From: Terriglobia bacterium
Lineage (GTDB): Bacteria > Acidobacteriota > Terriglobia > JAJPHL01 > JAPKYU01
Direction: 5' to 3'
DNA length: 64,000 nucleotides
Assembly: GCA_965206645.1 (NCBI GenBank)
Contig: CBDBKE010000004.1
Span: 896,001-960,000 of the forward strand
Shown: positions 41,300-50,649 of the stretch, one piece after another
How the letters are laid out: each line of letters opens with the position of its first letter
Position numbering within the stretch: the stretch's first letter is position 1
Translations under genes and position numbers: made by a program
The notes under the pieces: model-generated
The model's database searches: none
Seen by the model: only the letters and a program-made list of their open reading frames with translations
What the model was told of the DNA's origin: nothing

Positions 41300-41714
41300 A
41301 ATAAACACTCGAAGTCTTTCCGATAACCCCTTCCAGGCAGGAGGCATCGTTTTTCTGGCAAGAACATGGGGCTTGAAAAATGGTCGCGCCCAATTCACAG
41401 GACCGCTGAAAGTGGTCCGCATATGCACTGAGAACATTTACCTGGAAGCCACCGAGTGGCCCGATAGCGACGGCCCATGGTGGAGCTGGAGATTTTGCAG
41501 ACAAGCGCGGGATCACGCAGGCGAGCAGGCTCTGCCTGCACTGCAAACAGGTCATGCGCAATTGTTAACCGATTCCGTGGAGTTCTGGCCATCGCGCCGC
41601 AAACCTGCGCATCCGGGCACCGAGCTTGGGAACCTGGCACCTCGGAGATGCGCCGGAAAACGCCACGCCCTGCTACTCGAAGACGCGGGCTATAATTCCC
41701 TGTTGCAACTATGA
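41286..41714 (+). CDS. Hypothetical protein (possible ORFan)
   Basis: Fills the recX-alaS gap; N-terminal ~75 aa look globular; no motif recognised. Confidence 0.3.
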   Translation: MRKTEINTRSLSDNPFQAGGIVFLARTWGLKNGRAQFTGPLKVVRICTENIYLEATEWPDSDGPWWSWRFCRQARDHAGEQALPALQTGHAQLLTDSVEFWPSRRKPAHPGTELGNLAPRRCAGKRHALLLEDAGYNSLLQL

Positions 41715-41738
41715 CGCTACGACCATGACGTTACGAAC

Positions 41739-44414
41739 ATGACTGGCAACGCCATCCGTCAGCGCTTCCTTGATTACTTTGCCGGGCGCGAGCACCAAGT
41801 GGTGAGAAGCTCGTCGCTGGTGCCAGCAAACGACCCCACCCTTCTGTTCACCAACGCCGGGATGAATCAGTTCAAGGAGGTTTTCCTCGGGCTGGAGAAG
41901 CGCACTTACGTGCGCGCCTGTAGCGCCCAGAAATGCCTGCGGGCCGGTGGTAAGCATAATGACCTGGAGAACGTCGGCCGCACTCGCCGCCACCATACCT
42001 TTTTCGAGATGCTGGGTAATTTTTCCTTCGGCGACTACTTCAAGCAGGAAGCCATTGCCTACGCCTGGGAACTGGTGACCGCGCCCCCGCCAACCGGCTA
42101 TGGCCTGCCCAAGGAGCGTCTCTACGTAACCATCTTCCGCGACGACGAGCAGGCCGGCAAGCTGTGGCAGAGCGAAGCGGGCGTTGCCGCCGACCGCATC
42201 TTCGGCTTGGACGAGGAGGACAACTTCTGGGCCATGGGAGAGACCGGGCCGTGCGGGCCGTGCTCGGAAATCCATTACGATATGGGCACGGAAGCCAGCG
42301 ACGAAGGCCACGCTGACTGCCGCTTCCCCTGCGAGTGCGGCCGCTACGTCGAAATCTGGAACCTGGTGTTCATGCAGTTCAGCCGCGACGCCGACGGCAA
42401 GATGACGCCGCTGCCCCGCCCCTCGATTGACACCGGCATGGGGCTGGAACGCGTGGCGGCGGTGCTGCAAGGGAAGCTGTCGAACTTTGACACCGACCTA
42501 TTACGCCCGCTGGTGGACCGTGCCGCCGACCTGTGCGGCAAAACCTACGGGGAAATCGCCACCGCTGACGACTCACTGCGCATTTTGGCCGACCACGCCC
42601 GCGCCGCCGACTTCCTGGTCCATGACGGCGTGATGCCCTCCAACGAAGGGCGTGGCTACGTGCTGCGCAAAATCCTGCGCCGTGCCATCCGCCATGGACG
42701 CTTGCTCGGCGTGGAGAAGCCCTTCCTGTTCGAGCTGACCGGCGAGGTTGCCGACCAGACGCAGCAGGCCTACCCGGAGCTGCGGGAAAGCGTGTCACGC
42801 GTGGCCCGGGTGGTGCAGGACGAGGAGCAGCGCTTCGGGCACACCCTGGCCATCGCCCTAAAGGAGTTTGACCGTGCCGTGGCCGAGGTCGCTTCGTCCG
42901 GGACGCTGCCGGGTCCCAAGGTATTTTACCTCTACGACAGCTTCGGCCTGCCCTTGGACCTGATGCAGGAGATCGCCCGCGAGCGCAGCCTGGCAGTGGA
43001 CGAAGTAGGCTTTGAAGCCGAGATGCAGAAGCAGCGCGTGCGCGCCCGCGCTAGTTGGAAAGGAATCGAATGGAGCAAGGTCACTGCTTCCTCCGGCTAC
43101 CGTGAAATCCTCGCCGAGGCCGAGGAAACCGGGGAAAAGCTTCCAACCCGACTCAAGGACTACGAGTGCCTCCAATATGAGACTTACATCTGGAACATGG
43201 TGAGCGGCGGAAAACCGGTAGACAAACTACCGCCGGGCGAGCGCGGCGAGGTGATATTGAACGAAACCCCCTTCTACGGCGAAGGAGGTGGCCAAGTGGG
43301 GGACAAAGGAGTTCTGATTGCGGACGGACTAGAGGTCGCCGTAATTGAGGACACTTTTTATCCTTTACCAGGGATTATTGCTAACCGAGTGCTTACACTT
43401 GCTCCGCTTCGTATCCTCCAACCAGTTATTGCCAAGGTTGAAGAGAGCAGCCGCCGCTCGACCATGCGCAACCATACGGCCACGCACCTCATGCATGCCG
43501 CCCTGCGGCAGGTGCTGGGGCCGCACGTCAAGCAGGCCGGCTCGGTGGTCGAGCCGGCCCGCCTGCGCTTCGACTTCACCCACTACGCCGCGCTGGACGA
43601 ATCAGAAATCGATGAAGTCGAGCGGCTGGTCAACAAGCACGTCCTCGAGGACACCGAGGTCCGCACCGAAATCATGGACCTGGAGGCGGCTCTCGAGACC
43701 GGAGCCATGGCGCTGTTCGATGAGAAGTACGGCGAGCGCGTTCGTGTGGTCCAGGTGCCGGGCTTTTCCACCGAGCTGTGCGGCGGCACCCACGTGCGCC
43801 GCACCGGCGAGATCGGCGTGTTCAAGATCGTCGCCGAGTCCAGCATCGCGGCCGGTGTGCGCCGCATTGAGGCCCTCACCGGCGAGGCGGCCTACCGCCA
43901 CTATCGCGACGCCGTGGGGGCCATCCAGCGCCTCCAGCAGGCGCTGCGCACTAACGAGCCGGAAGTCGTGGAGGCGGTCGAGCGGCTGATCCAGCAGCAG
44001 CGGGCGCTGGAGAAGAAACTGTCGCAGATGCGCACGCGGCTGGCTCGCACTGAGCGCGGCGAGCTGGTGGCCGGCGGCGTGCGCTCAGTCAAGGACGTTC
44101 AGGTGCTCTCTTCCTGCGTGGAGGAAATGGACCGCACCCACCTGCGCGACATGGTGGATGCCCTCAAGACAGAGCTGAAGTCCGGGGTGGTGGTGCTGGG
44201 GGCAGCCGGTGATGGAAAGGTGGCGCTGGTGGTCGGAGTCACCAAAGACCTCACCTCACGCCTGCACGCCGGCAAGATTGCCCAGGCAGTAGCTAAGAAA
44301 GTGGGCGGCACCGGCGGCGGCCGCCCTGACCTGGCCGAAGCTGGCGGCAAGAATCCTGAAAAGCTGGACTCGGCCATCGCCCAGGTCTGCGACATCGTCA
44401 ACTCGATGCTGTAG
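41739..44414 (+). CDS. alaS: Alanine--tRNA ligase
   Basis: LLFTNAGMNQFK, HHTFFEMLGNFSFGDYFK, DTGMGLER, editing motifs HTATH and ELCGGTH, GGGRPDLA. Confidence 0.98.
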   Translation: MTGNAIRQRFLDYFAGREHQVVRSSSLVPANDPTLLFTNAGMNQFKEVFLGLEKRTYVRACSAQKCLRAGGKHNDLENVGRTRRHHTFFEMLGNFSFGDYFKQEAIAYAWELVTAPPPTGYGLPKERLYVTIFRDDEQAGKLWQSEAGVAADRIFGLDEEDNFWAMGETGPCGPCSEIHYDMGTEASDEGHADCRFPCECGRYVEIWNLVFMQFSRDADGKMTPLPRPSIDTGMGLERVAAVLQGKLSNFDTDLLRPLVDRAADLCGKTYGEIATADDSLRILADHARAADFLVHDGVMPSNEGRGYVLRKILRRAIRHGRLLGVEKPFLFELTGEVADQTQQAYPELRESVSRVARVVQDEEQRFGHTLAIALKEFDRAVAEVASSGTLPGPKVFYLYDSFGLPLDLMQEIARERSLAVDEVGFEAEMQKQRVRARASWKGIEWSKVTASSGYREILAEAEETGEKLPTRLKDYECLQYETYIWNMVSGGKPVDKLPPGERGEVILNETPFYGEGGGQVGDKGVLIADGLEVAVIEDTFYPLPGIIANRVLTLAPLRILQPVIAKVEESSRRSTMRNHTATHLMHAALRQVLGPHVKQAGSVVEPARLRFDFTHYAALDESEIDEVERLVNKHVLEDTEVRTEIMDLEAALETGAMALFDEKYGERVRVVQVPGFSTELCGGTHVRRTGEIGVFKIVAESSIAAGVRRIEALTGEAAYRHYRDAVGAIQRLQQALRTNEPEVVEAVERLIQQQRALEKKLSQMRTRLARTERGELVAGGVRSVKDVQVLSSCVEEMDRTHLRDMVDALKTELKSGVVVLGAAGDGKVALVVGVTKDLTSRLHAGKIAQAVAKKVGGTGGGRPDLAEAGGKNPEKLDSAIAQVCDIVNSML

Positions 44415-44447
44415 CGCCTAGCTCGCCGCAGGGGACGCCGGGCAGGG

Positions 44448-45797
44448 CTAACGGCCGGTGCGCCGCCGAGTTCCCGCCTTAACCGGCTTTGTGAAACCAA
44501 ACACGCGCTGGAAGATGGTGCCCACGTGGCGCAGGTGCCGGTCGAGATCGAAGGCCGCTTCGATTTGCTTGCGGCTCAACGCAGCCGTAATGTCGGGGTC
44601 GGCCAACACTAGTTGGCGAAAATCGCTGCCGCTATCCGACGCCTGCATGGCGTTGCGCTGCACCCAGCGATAGGCATCCTCCCGTCGCGCACCCTTCTCC
44701 GCCAGGTCCAACAGGAGCTGTCCGGAAAAGATCAGCCCGCGCGTCATCTCCAGGTTCTGGCGCATGCGCTCCGGGTAAACCACCAGCTTGTCAATCAGGC
44801 CGGCGGTACGGTCCAGCAGGTAGTCCAGCAGGATGGTGGAGTCGGGCAGTATGACGCGCTCGACTGAGGAGTGGGAAATGTCGCGCTCGTGCCATAGCGC
44901 CACATTTTCGAGCCCCGCCTGGGCGTTCGAGCGCACCAACCGCGCCAGCCCGCAGATCTGCTCGCAGGTCACCGGGTTGCGCTTGTGAGGCATGGCCGAG
45001 GAACCCTTCTGGCCAGCGCTGAAGTACTCCTCGGCCTCGCGCACCTCCGTGCGCTGCAGGTTGCGGACCTCCAGCGCGATCTTTTCCAGCGTGCTGGCCG
45101 CCACGGCCAGCGTTGTCAGATAGTAGGCGTGGCGGTCGCGCTGCAGGATCTGGCTGGAAACTTCAGCCGCCTTCAACCCGAGGCGCGCGCATACCTTTTC
45201 TTCAATTTCCGGCCCCAGGTGTGCAAAGGTGCCGACGGCGCCCGACAGCTTGCCCACCCGCATCTGTTCGGCGGCGGCTTCCAGGCGCGCCAGATTGCGG
45301 CGGTTTTCCGTAAACCACAGGGCCAGCTTCAGGCCGAACGTGGTGGGCTCGGCGTGCACGCCGTGAGTGCGCCCCACCATGACGGTGTGGCGGAACTCGT
45401 GCGCGCGGCGCTCCAGCACTGCGCCCAGCCGCTCGAGGCCCTCCCGCAGCAGTGCCGAAGCCTCCGAGAACTGCAGCCCCAGCGCCGTATCTACGACGTC
45501 GTAGGAAGTAAGCCCGTAATGCAGGTAGCGCGACACGTTCCCCGGTTCGCCGTCCAGCGACTCGGCTACCGCGGTGGTGAAAGCGACCACGTCGTGCTTC
45601 ACCTCGCGCTCGATTTCAGCAATGCGGGCCACATCGAAGCGCGCCTTCTTGCGCAGAATGCGGGCGGCTTCGGCCGGGATCAAGCCGGCCTCGGCTTCGA
45701 CTTCCGCCGTGGCCAGCTCCACGTCCAGCCAGCGGCGCAAGCGGTTCTCGTCGCTCCAGATGCGGCCCATCGCGGGCCGTGTGTAGCGAGTAATCAT
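44448..45797 (-). CDS. purB: Adenylosuccinate lyase
   Basis: HYGLTS, GRTHGVHAEPTTFG, GSSAMPHKRNP, WHERDISHSS. Confidence 0.97.
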   Translation of the reverse strand: MITRYTRPAMGRIWSDENRLRRWLDVELATAEVEAEAGLIPAEAARILRKKARFDVARIAEIEREVKHDVVAFTTAVAESLDGEPGNVSRYLHYGLTSYDVVDTALGLQFSEASALLREGLERLGAVLERRAHEFRHTVMVGRTHGVHAEPTTFGLKLALWFTENRRNLARLEAAAEQMRVGKLSGAVGTFAHLGPEIEEKVCARLGLKAAEVSSQILQRDRHAYYLTTLAVAASTLEKIALEVRNLQRTEVREAEEYFSAGQKGSSAMPHKRNPVTCEQICGLARLVRSNAQAGLENVALWHERDISHSSVERVILPDSTILLDYLLDRTAGLIDKLVVYPERMRQNLEMTRGLIFSGQLLLDLAEKGARREDAYRWVQRNAMQASDSGSDFRQLVLADPDITAALSRKQIEAAFDLDRHLRHVGTIFQRVFGFTKPVKAGTRRRTGR

Positions 45798-45831
45798 CAG
45801 AGATGCCGGGTTTCAGGTGTCGGGCGCCCGG

Positions 45832-45891
45832 GTTGCGTAGGTCCCGGCAACGCTGCGTAGGTCCCGGCGGCGTTGCGTACGTCCCGGCAAC
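45832..45891. repeat. Three tandem 20-bp units, each a mini-hairpin (GTTGCGTAGGTCCCGGCAAC)
   Basis: Units at 45832, 45852 and 45872 with self-complementary ends and no spacers. Confidence 0.85.
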
Positions 45892-46014
45892 AGTGAGTCT
45901 AACATGGGAACGCAGCAGAAGAGGCCTAGGGGGCCGGCCATTGGACTGGCCACCTCCGCAACCGGCCGGCAAATCCTCCGGCAAATCCTGCGGATGCTAG
46001 AATGAAACTCCGCC

Positions 46015-47955
46015 ATGAAGCACGTCATTGTTGGCACCGCCGGGCACATTGACCACGGCAAGAGCGCCCTGGTCAAGGCGCTGACCGGCACCGACCCCGA
46101 CCGGCTGGCTGAGGAGAAGCGACGCGGCATCACCATTGACCTGGGCTTCGCGCACCTTGAGCTTCCGGCGCAGGCAGACCAGCCTGCGCTTCGCCTAGCG
46201 TTCGTGGACGTGCCCGGCCACGAGCGCTTTGTGAAGAACATGCTGGCCGGCATCGGCGGCATTGACCTGGTGCTGTTCGTGGTGGCCGCCGATGAGTCCA
46301 TCAAGCCGCAGACGCGCGAGCACTTCGACATCTGCCGCCTGCTGGAGGTGCGCCGTGGCCTGGTGGCGCTGACCAAAACCGACCTGGTGGACCGCGACCT
46401 GGTTGAGTTGGTGCGGCTGGAGGTGGAGGAGTTCGTCGGCAGCTCATTCCTTACCGGGACGCCCATTGTTCCGGTGAGCGTGCGCACCGGCGAAGGCCTC
46501 GACCGGCTGAGGGCGGAACTGGCCCGCCTGGCCGCGGAGGCGCCGGCGAAGGACTCCTCGCGCCACTTCCGCCTGCCCGTTGATCGCTCCTTCGTGATGA
46601 AGGGCTTTGGCCCGGTGGTCACCGGCACCCTGGTCTCCGGCACGCTAACGAAGGACAACGAAGTGGAACTGTTTCCGACGCGCCGGCGGCTGCGCGTCCG
46701 CGGCATCCAGGTGCACGGCCAGCCGGCGGAGCGCACGCTGGCTGGACAGCGCACCGCGTTGAACCTGGCCGGCATCGAGCTCGCGGAGCTCGAGCGCGGG
46801 ATGACTCTCGCGGCGCCAGGCGTGTTTGAGCCGACCCAGCGCATCGAGACGCTGCTGCACCTGCTGCCTTCAGTCCGGCCTCTGAAACACCGTGCCCGCG
46901 TGCATTTCCACTGTGGGACAGCAGCGGTCGTTTCTGAAGTGCGCCTGGGGACGGGAATGGAAAAGCTGGAGCCAGGCAGCAGCACCTACGCCCAACTCCT
47001 TTTGCGAGAACCGGCGCTGCTGCTGCCCGGCGACCGCTTCATCATCCGGCAGTTCTCGCCGGTCATCACCATCGGCGGCGGGCGCGTGCTGGACAATCAA
47101 GCTTCACCCCGACGCGCCAGGTCAGGCACGGCCAGGTCGGGCACGGGAGGAAACACGGCTGAATTCCTGAAGATTCTAGAGACCGGGTCCCGGGAGGAAA
47201 TCCTGCTGGCGCTGCTCCAGCGCGGGGAGCCTGCTGCCGCCGCGTCGCAACTGATCGCCCGCACCGGCTGGCTGGAAAGCGAGCTGCGGGAAACGGCAGG
47301 CGCGCTGGCCCGGCAGAAGAAAGCTGAGATTTTGTCAGACTCGCCGCTGGTTCTGGCACATGGCGAGCGATTCCGCGAGCTGCTGACGGAAGCGACAGCA
47401 CTTGTCGAGAAATTTCACGCCGCCAACCCGCTGCTGCCCGGCATCCCAAAGGAGGAACTCCGCGACCGCAGTTTCGGCCGCCTGTCGCCGCTGGTCTTCG
47501 AGGCCGCGCTGGCTCGCTTGGCGGCCGAAGGCCGCCTGGAAGCTCAGGGCGAGATTGTCAAGCAGGCCGGGCGTCGCATTGTCCTCACCGAGGAAGAAGA
47601 GCAGGCGAAACAGCGGATCATCGCCGCATTTGAAAACGCCGGGCTGACGGTGCCCTCGGTCAAAGAAGTGCTGGGGAAACTGCCGATCGAGCCGCAGCGC
47701 GCTCAGAAGATTCTGCGAATCCTGATCAAGGAACTGGCGCTGGTCAAGGTGAGCGAGGAGCTGGTGTTTCACCGCAGCGCCATCGAGCGATTGCGCGCGC
47801 AGCTCGCACACTACAAAGCGCGGAGCGACCGGCTGAACGTGTCCAGCTTCAAGGACCTGGCCGGCATCAGTCGCAAGTACGCCATTCCCTTGCTGGAGTA
47901 TCTGGACCGCGAACGAGTCACCCGGCGGGTAGGCGACGACCGAGTCATTTTGTGA
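46015..47955 (+). CDS. selB: Selenocysteine-specific elongation factor
   Basis: GTAGHIDHGKS, EEKRRGITIDLGF, DVPGHE, C-terminal SRKYAIPLLEYLD..TRRVGD. Confidence 0.97.
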   Translation: MKHVIVGTAGHIDHGKSALVKALTGTDPDRLAEEKRRGITIDLGFAHLELPAQADQPALRLAFVDVPGHERFVKNMLAGIGGIDLVLFVVAADESIKPQTREHFDICRLLEVRRGLVALTKTDLVDRDLVELVRLEVEEFVGSSFLTGTPIVPVSVRTGEGLDRLRAELARLAAEAPAKDSSRHFRLPVDRSFVMKGFGPVVTGTLVSGTLTKDNEVELFPTRRRLRVRGIQVHGQPAERTLAGQRTALNLAGIELAELERGMTLAAPGVFEPTQRIETLLHLLPSVRPLKHRARVHFHCGTAAVVSEVRLGTGMEKLEPGSSTYAQLLLREPALLLPGDRFIIRQFSPVITIGGGRVLDNQASPRRARSGTARSGTGGNTAEFLKILETGSREEILLALLQRGEPAAAASQLIARTGWLESELRETAGALARQKKAEILSDSPLVLAHGERFRELLTEATALVEKFHAANPLLPGIPKEELRDRSFGRLSPLVFEAALARLAAEGRLEAQGEIVKQAGRRIVLTEEEEQAKQRIIAAFENAGLTVPSVKEVLGKLPIEPQRAQKILRILIKELALVKVSEELVFHRSAIERLRAQLAHYKARSDRLNVSSFKDLAGISRKYAIPLLEYLDRERVTRRVGDDRVIL

Positions 47956-48037
47956 GTGGTTTGCAAAACGCATATTTCGAATTCGTGATAACGAGGATAA
48001 AACACAGTTGCACGGTGCACCAATCCGAGATTCTCTG

Positions 48038-50608
48038 ATGCGCGCCGATCTGGAAGTATTGGAATTTCCGGCGCTGCTGGACCTGCTCGGGCGCTACGCG
48101 CGCACGCCGGGCGGCTGCAAGCGGCTGCTGGCATTGCGCCCCCATCACGATCGGGAACAGTTGGAAGTCCAACTGGACCGGTCGCGGGAGGCAGCCGAAT
48201 ACCTGCGCGCAGCGGCTGCGCCGGCTCCTGCAGAATCCAGCAAGGGTGGGTCGGGACCCGGCAAATCCGCCCCTCTGCTGCGGCTGGACTTTGGGGGCAT
48301 CGGCGACCTGGAGCCGGTGCTGGCCAACCTGCGTATGGAGGGCGCTGAACTGGAGCCCTCGGAAATCTCCGCCGTGCTGCAGCTGCTGGACCGCGCCGGC
48401 GACTGCAAGCACGTTTTGACGGCCCGTCGCGATCGCTTCCCGGTGCTGGCCGAGCTGGTTGCCGGCATTGGCGAATTTCGCCGCCTCCTCCGCGAACTCA
48501 GCGGCAAAATTCGGCCGGACGGCACCCTGGAGGACCACGCCTCGCTGGAATTGTGGCGACTTCGCCGGGAAATCGAGAAGCAGAAAAGAGCTGTGCAGGA
48601 GTCATTGAACTCGTTCCTGCGGCGGCACGCGGAAGAAGACATCCTGCAAGAAGAGCTGGTCACCATCCGCAACGAGCGTTTTGTGGTGCCCGTAAAGGTG
48701 GGCGCCCGGCGGCGGCTGGACGGCGTCGTGCATGGGTCCAGTTCCAGCGGCCAGACCCTGTTCGTGGAGCCGATGCAGACTATCGAACTCAACAACGAAC
48801 TGGTGGCGCTGGTCGAAGAGGAGTTGCAGGAGGTGCACCGCATCCTGCGCGAGATGACCGCCCGTTTGCGTGAACAGGCCGGCGGCGTGCAACTGGCGCT
48901 GGAAATCCTCACGGAACTGGATGTCGCTTTCGCCAAGGGACGTTTTGCCGTCGAGTTCGACTGCGTGACGCCGCACTTCAACACCGAGCCGCGCCTCTGC
49001 TTGCGTGAGGCGCGCCATCCGCTGCTCCAGGAAGTGCTCCGGGAGGTGCACCGCCGTCGCAGTCGTACGCAAGCTCGTCCCGGCACGCCGACAGGGGCGT
49101 CCGGACGACCGTCCAGCGCGCCCTCCAGCCTGCCCGCCGGCCCGCGCTCCAGCCCACCGGCCGGCATCGTCCCGCTGTCCCTTGAGCTGGATCGGGAACA
49201 CCGCGTGCTGGTTATCAGCGGCCCCAATGCCGGCGGCAAGACGGTGGCGCTAAAAACCTTGGGGCTGCTGGTGCTCGCTGCGCAGGCCGGCATCCCGGTG
49301 CCGGCCGCCGAGGCTGACCTGCCCCTGCTGGAGCAGGTGCTGGCCGACATCGGCGACTACCAATCCATCCAGGAGAGCCTCAGCACGTTTTCCGCCCACC
49401 TCACCAACATTCAGCGGATGGTTGAGCAGACACCGCCGGGAACACCCAGTGAGCGCACGCTGGTCTTGCTGGACGAGCTGGGCGCCGCCACCGATCCACA
49501 AGAGGGCGGCGCACTGGCAGTGGCGATTGCGGACTACTTCCTGCGGTCCGGCGCCCTGGTGCTGGCATCTACCCACCATCTGGCTCTGAAAGCCTACGCC
49601 ACCAACACCCCCGGGGTGCTCAACGCGTCGGTGGGTTTCGATGAGCGCACACTGCAACCCACTTACCGGCTGAATATCGGAATCCCTGGAAAATCCAGCG
49701 GGATTGCGATTGCCCAGCGGTTGGGTTTGCAGCGGGAAATTGTGGCCCGTGCGCGTCAGGCGCTCAGCACGCAGGACGAGGAGGTGTCGCGCCTGTTGGC
49801 CGAACTCCACCAGAGCACCGAGGAAGCCGAGCGGCTCCGGACAGAGGTGGCGGCACGAGAGCAGCAACTGCGGGAGCGCACTGCGCAGGTGGCCGCCCAG
49901 TGGGAAAAGCGCGAAAAGCGCCGACTGGATGACATGGAGCAGCGGGTGGAGTCGCTGCTCGGCGAGTTTGACCAGCAGGCGCGCGCCGTGCTGCAGCAGA
50001 TTGACGACCGGCGCTTGCAAAAGCAGGCCGAGCGCCGCGTCGCCCGTGCCCGCAGCCAACTGCGGGAGGAATTCGACACGGCAGTGGTGCAGCAGTTAGG
50101 AGGTACGGCGGAGGAAGCGCAAGCCAAAACCGAAAAAGCGCCGCGCCCGCTGCTGGCCCTCCGCGAGGGCGACAGGGTTCGCGTCCGGGCTTTGGGACGT
50201 CAGGGAGTGGTGCGACGGCGCCTGGACTGGAACCACCTGGAGGTAGAGGTCGGCGCCATGAAGATGAAGGTCTCCCTGGATCAGGTCGAGGCGGTCACTG
50301 AACCTCAAACGAGCCAGGCGCCGGAAAACGTCACCGTCCACCTGGAGGCCCGCACCGACGTTTCTCCTTCCGAGATCAACGTGATCGGCAGCACCGCGGA
50401 GGAAGCTCGCGAACGGGTGGACAAGTTCCTGGACTCGGCCGTGCTGGCCGCCATGCCTAAGGTGCGGGTCGTCCACGGCCACGGGATGGGTGTGCTGCGC
50501 AGGACCCTGCACGAGTTTTTCGGCGGCCACCCCCAGGTAGAGCGTTTTTACCCGGCGCGGCAGCAAGAGGGCGGCACAGGCGCTACCATCGTGGAGCTGC
50601 GCGTGTAA
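48038..50608 (+). CDS. mutS2: MutS2 family protein with C-terminal Smr domain
   Basis: SSSGQTLFVEP, GPNAGGKT, LSTFSAH, LDELGAATDP, VHGHGMG..GGTGAT. Start uncertain (48008 or 48038). Confidence 0.95.
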   Translation: MRADLEVLEFPALLDLLGRYARTPGGCKRLLALRPHHDREQLEVQLDRSREAAEYLRAAAAPAPAESSKGGSGPGKSAPLLRLDFGGIGDLEPVLANLRMEGAELEPSEISAVLQLLDRAGDCKHVLTARRDRFPVLAELVAGIGEFRRLLRELSGKIRPDGTLEDHASLELWRLRREIEKQKRAVQESLNSFLRRHAEEDILQEELVTIRNERFVVPVKVGARRRLDGVVHGSSSSGQTLFVEPMQTIELNNELVALVEEELQEVHRILREMTARLREQAGGVQLALEILTELDVAFAKGRFAVEFDCVTPHFNTEPRLCLREARHPLLQEVLREVHRRRSRTQARPGTPTGASGRPSSAPSSLPAGPRSSPPAGIVPLSLELDREHRVLVISGPNAGGKTVALKTLGLLVLAAQAGIPVPAAEADLPLLEQVLADIGDYQSIQESLSTFSAHLTNIQRMVEQTPPGTPSERTLVLLDELGAATDPQEGGALAVAIADYFLRSGALVLASTHHLALKAYATNTPGVLNASVGFDERTLQPTYRLNIGIPGKSSGIAIAQRLGLQREIVARARQALSTQDEEVSRLLAELHQSTEEAERLRTEVAAREQQLRERTAQVAAQWEKREKRRLDDMEQRVESLLGEFDQQARAVLQQIDDRRLQKQAERRVARARSQLREEFDTAVVQQLGGTAEEAQAKTEKAPRPLLALREGDRVRVRALGRQGVVRRRLDWNHLEVEVGAMKMKVSLDQVEAVTEPQTSQAPENVTVHLEARTDVSPSEINVIGSTAEEARERVDKFLDSAVLAAMPKVRVVHGHGMGVLRRTLHEFFGGHPQVERFYPARQQEGGTGATIVELRV

Positions 50609-50649
50609 ATCCACGAAGATGCTTTGCCCGGTTCTCGCGGAGATGGCAC

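Noticed and set aside
45832-45891. CRISPR array
   Set aside because: The units abut with no spacers, and no cas genes are in the window.
46015-47955. Selenoprotein or sel cluster around selB
   Set aside because: No selA, selD or tRNA-Sec seen, and no gene in the window needs UGA read-through; the breaks found are frameshifts.
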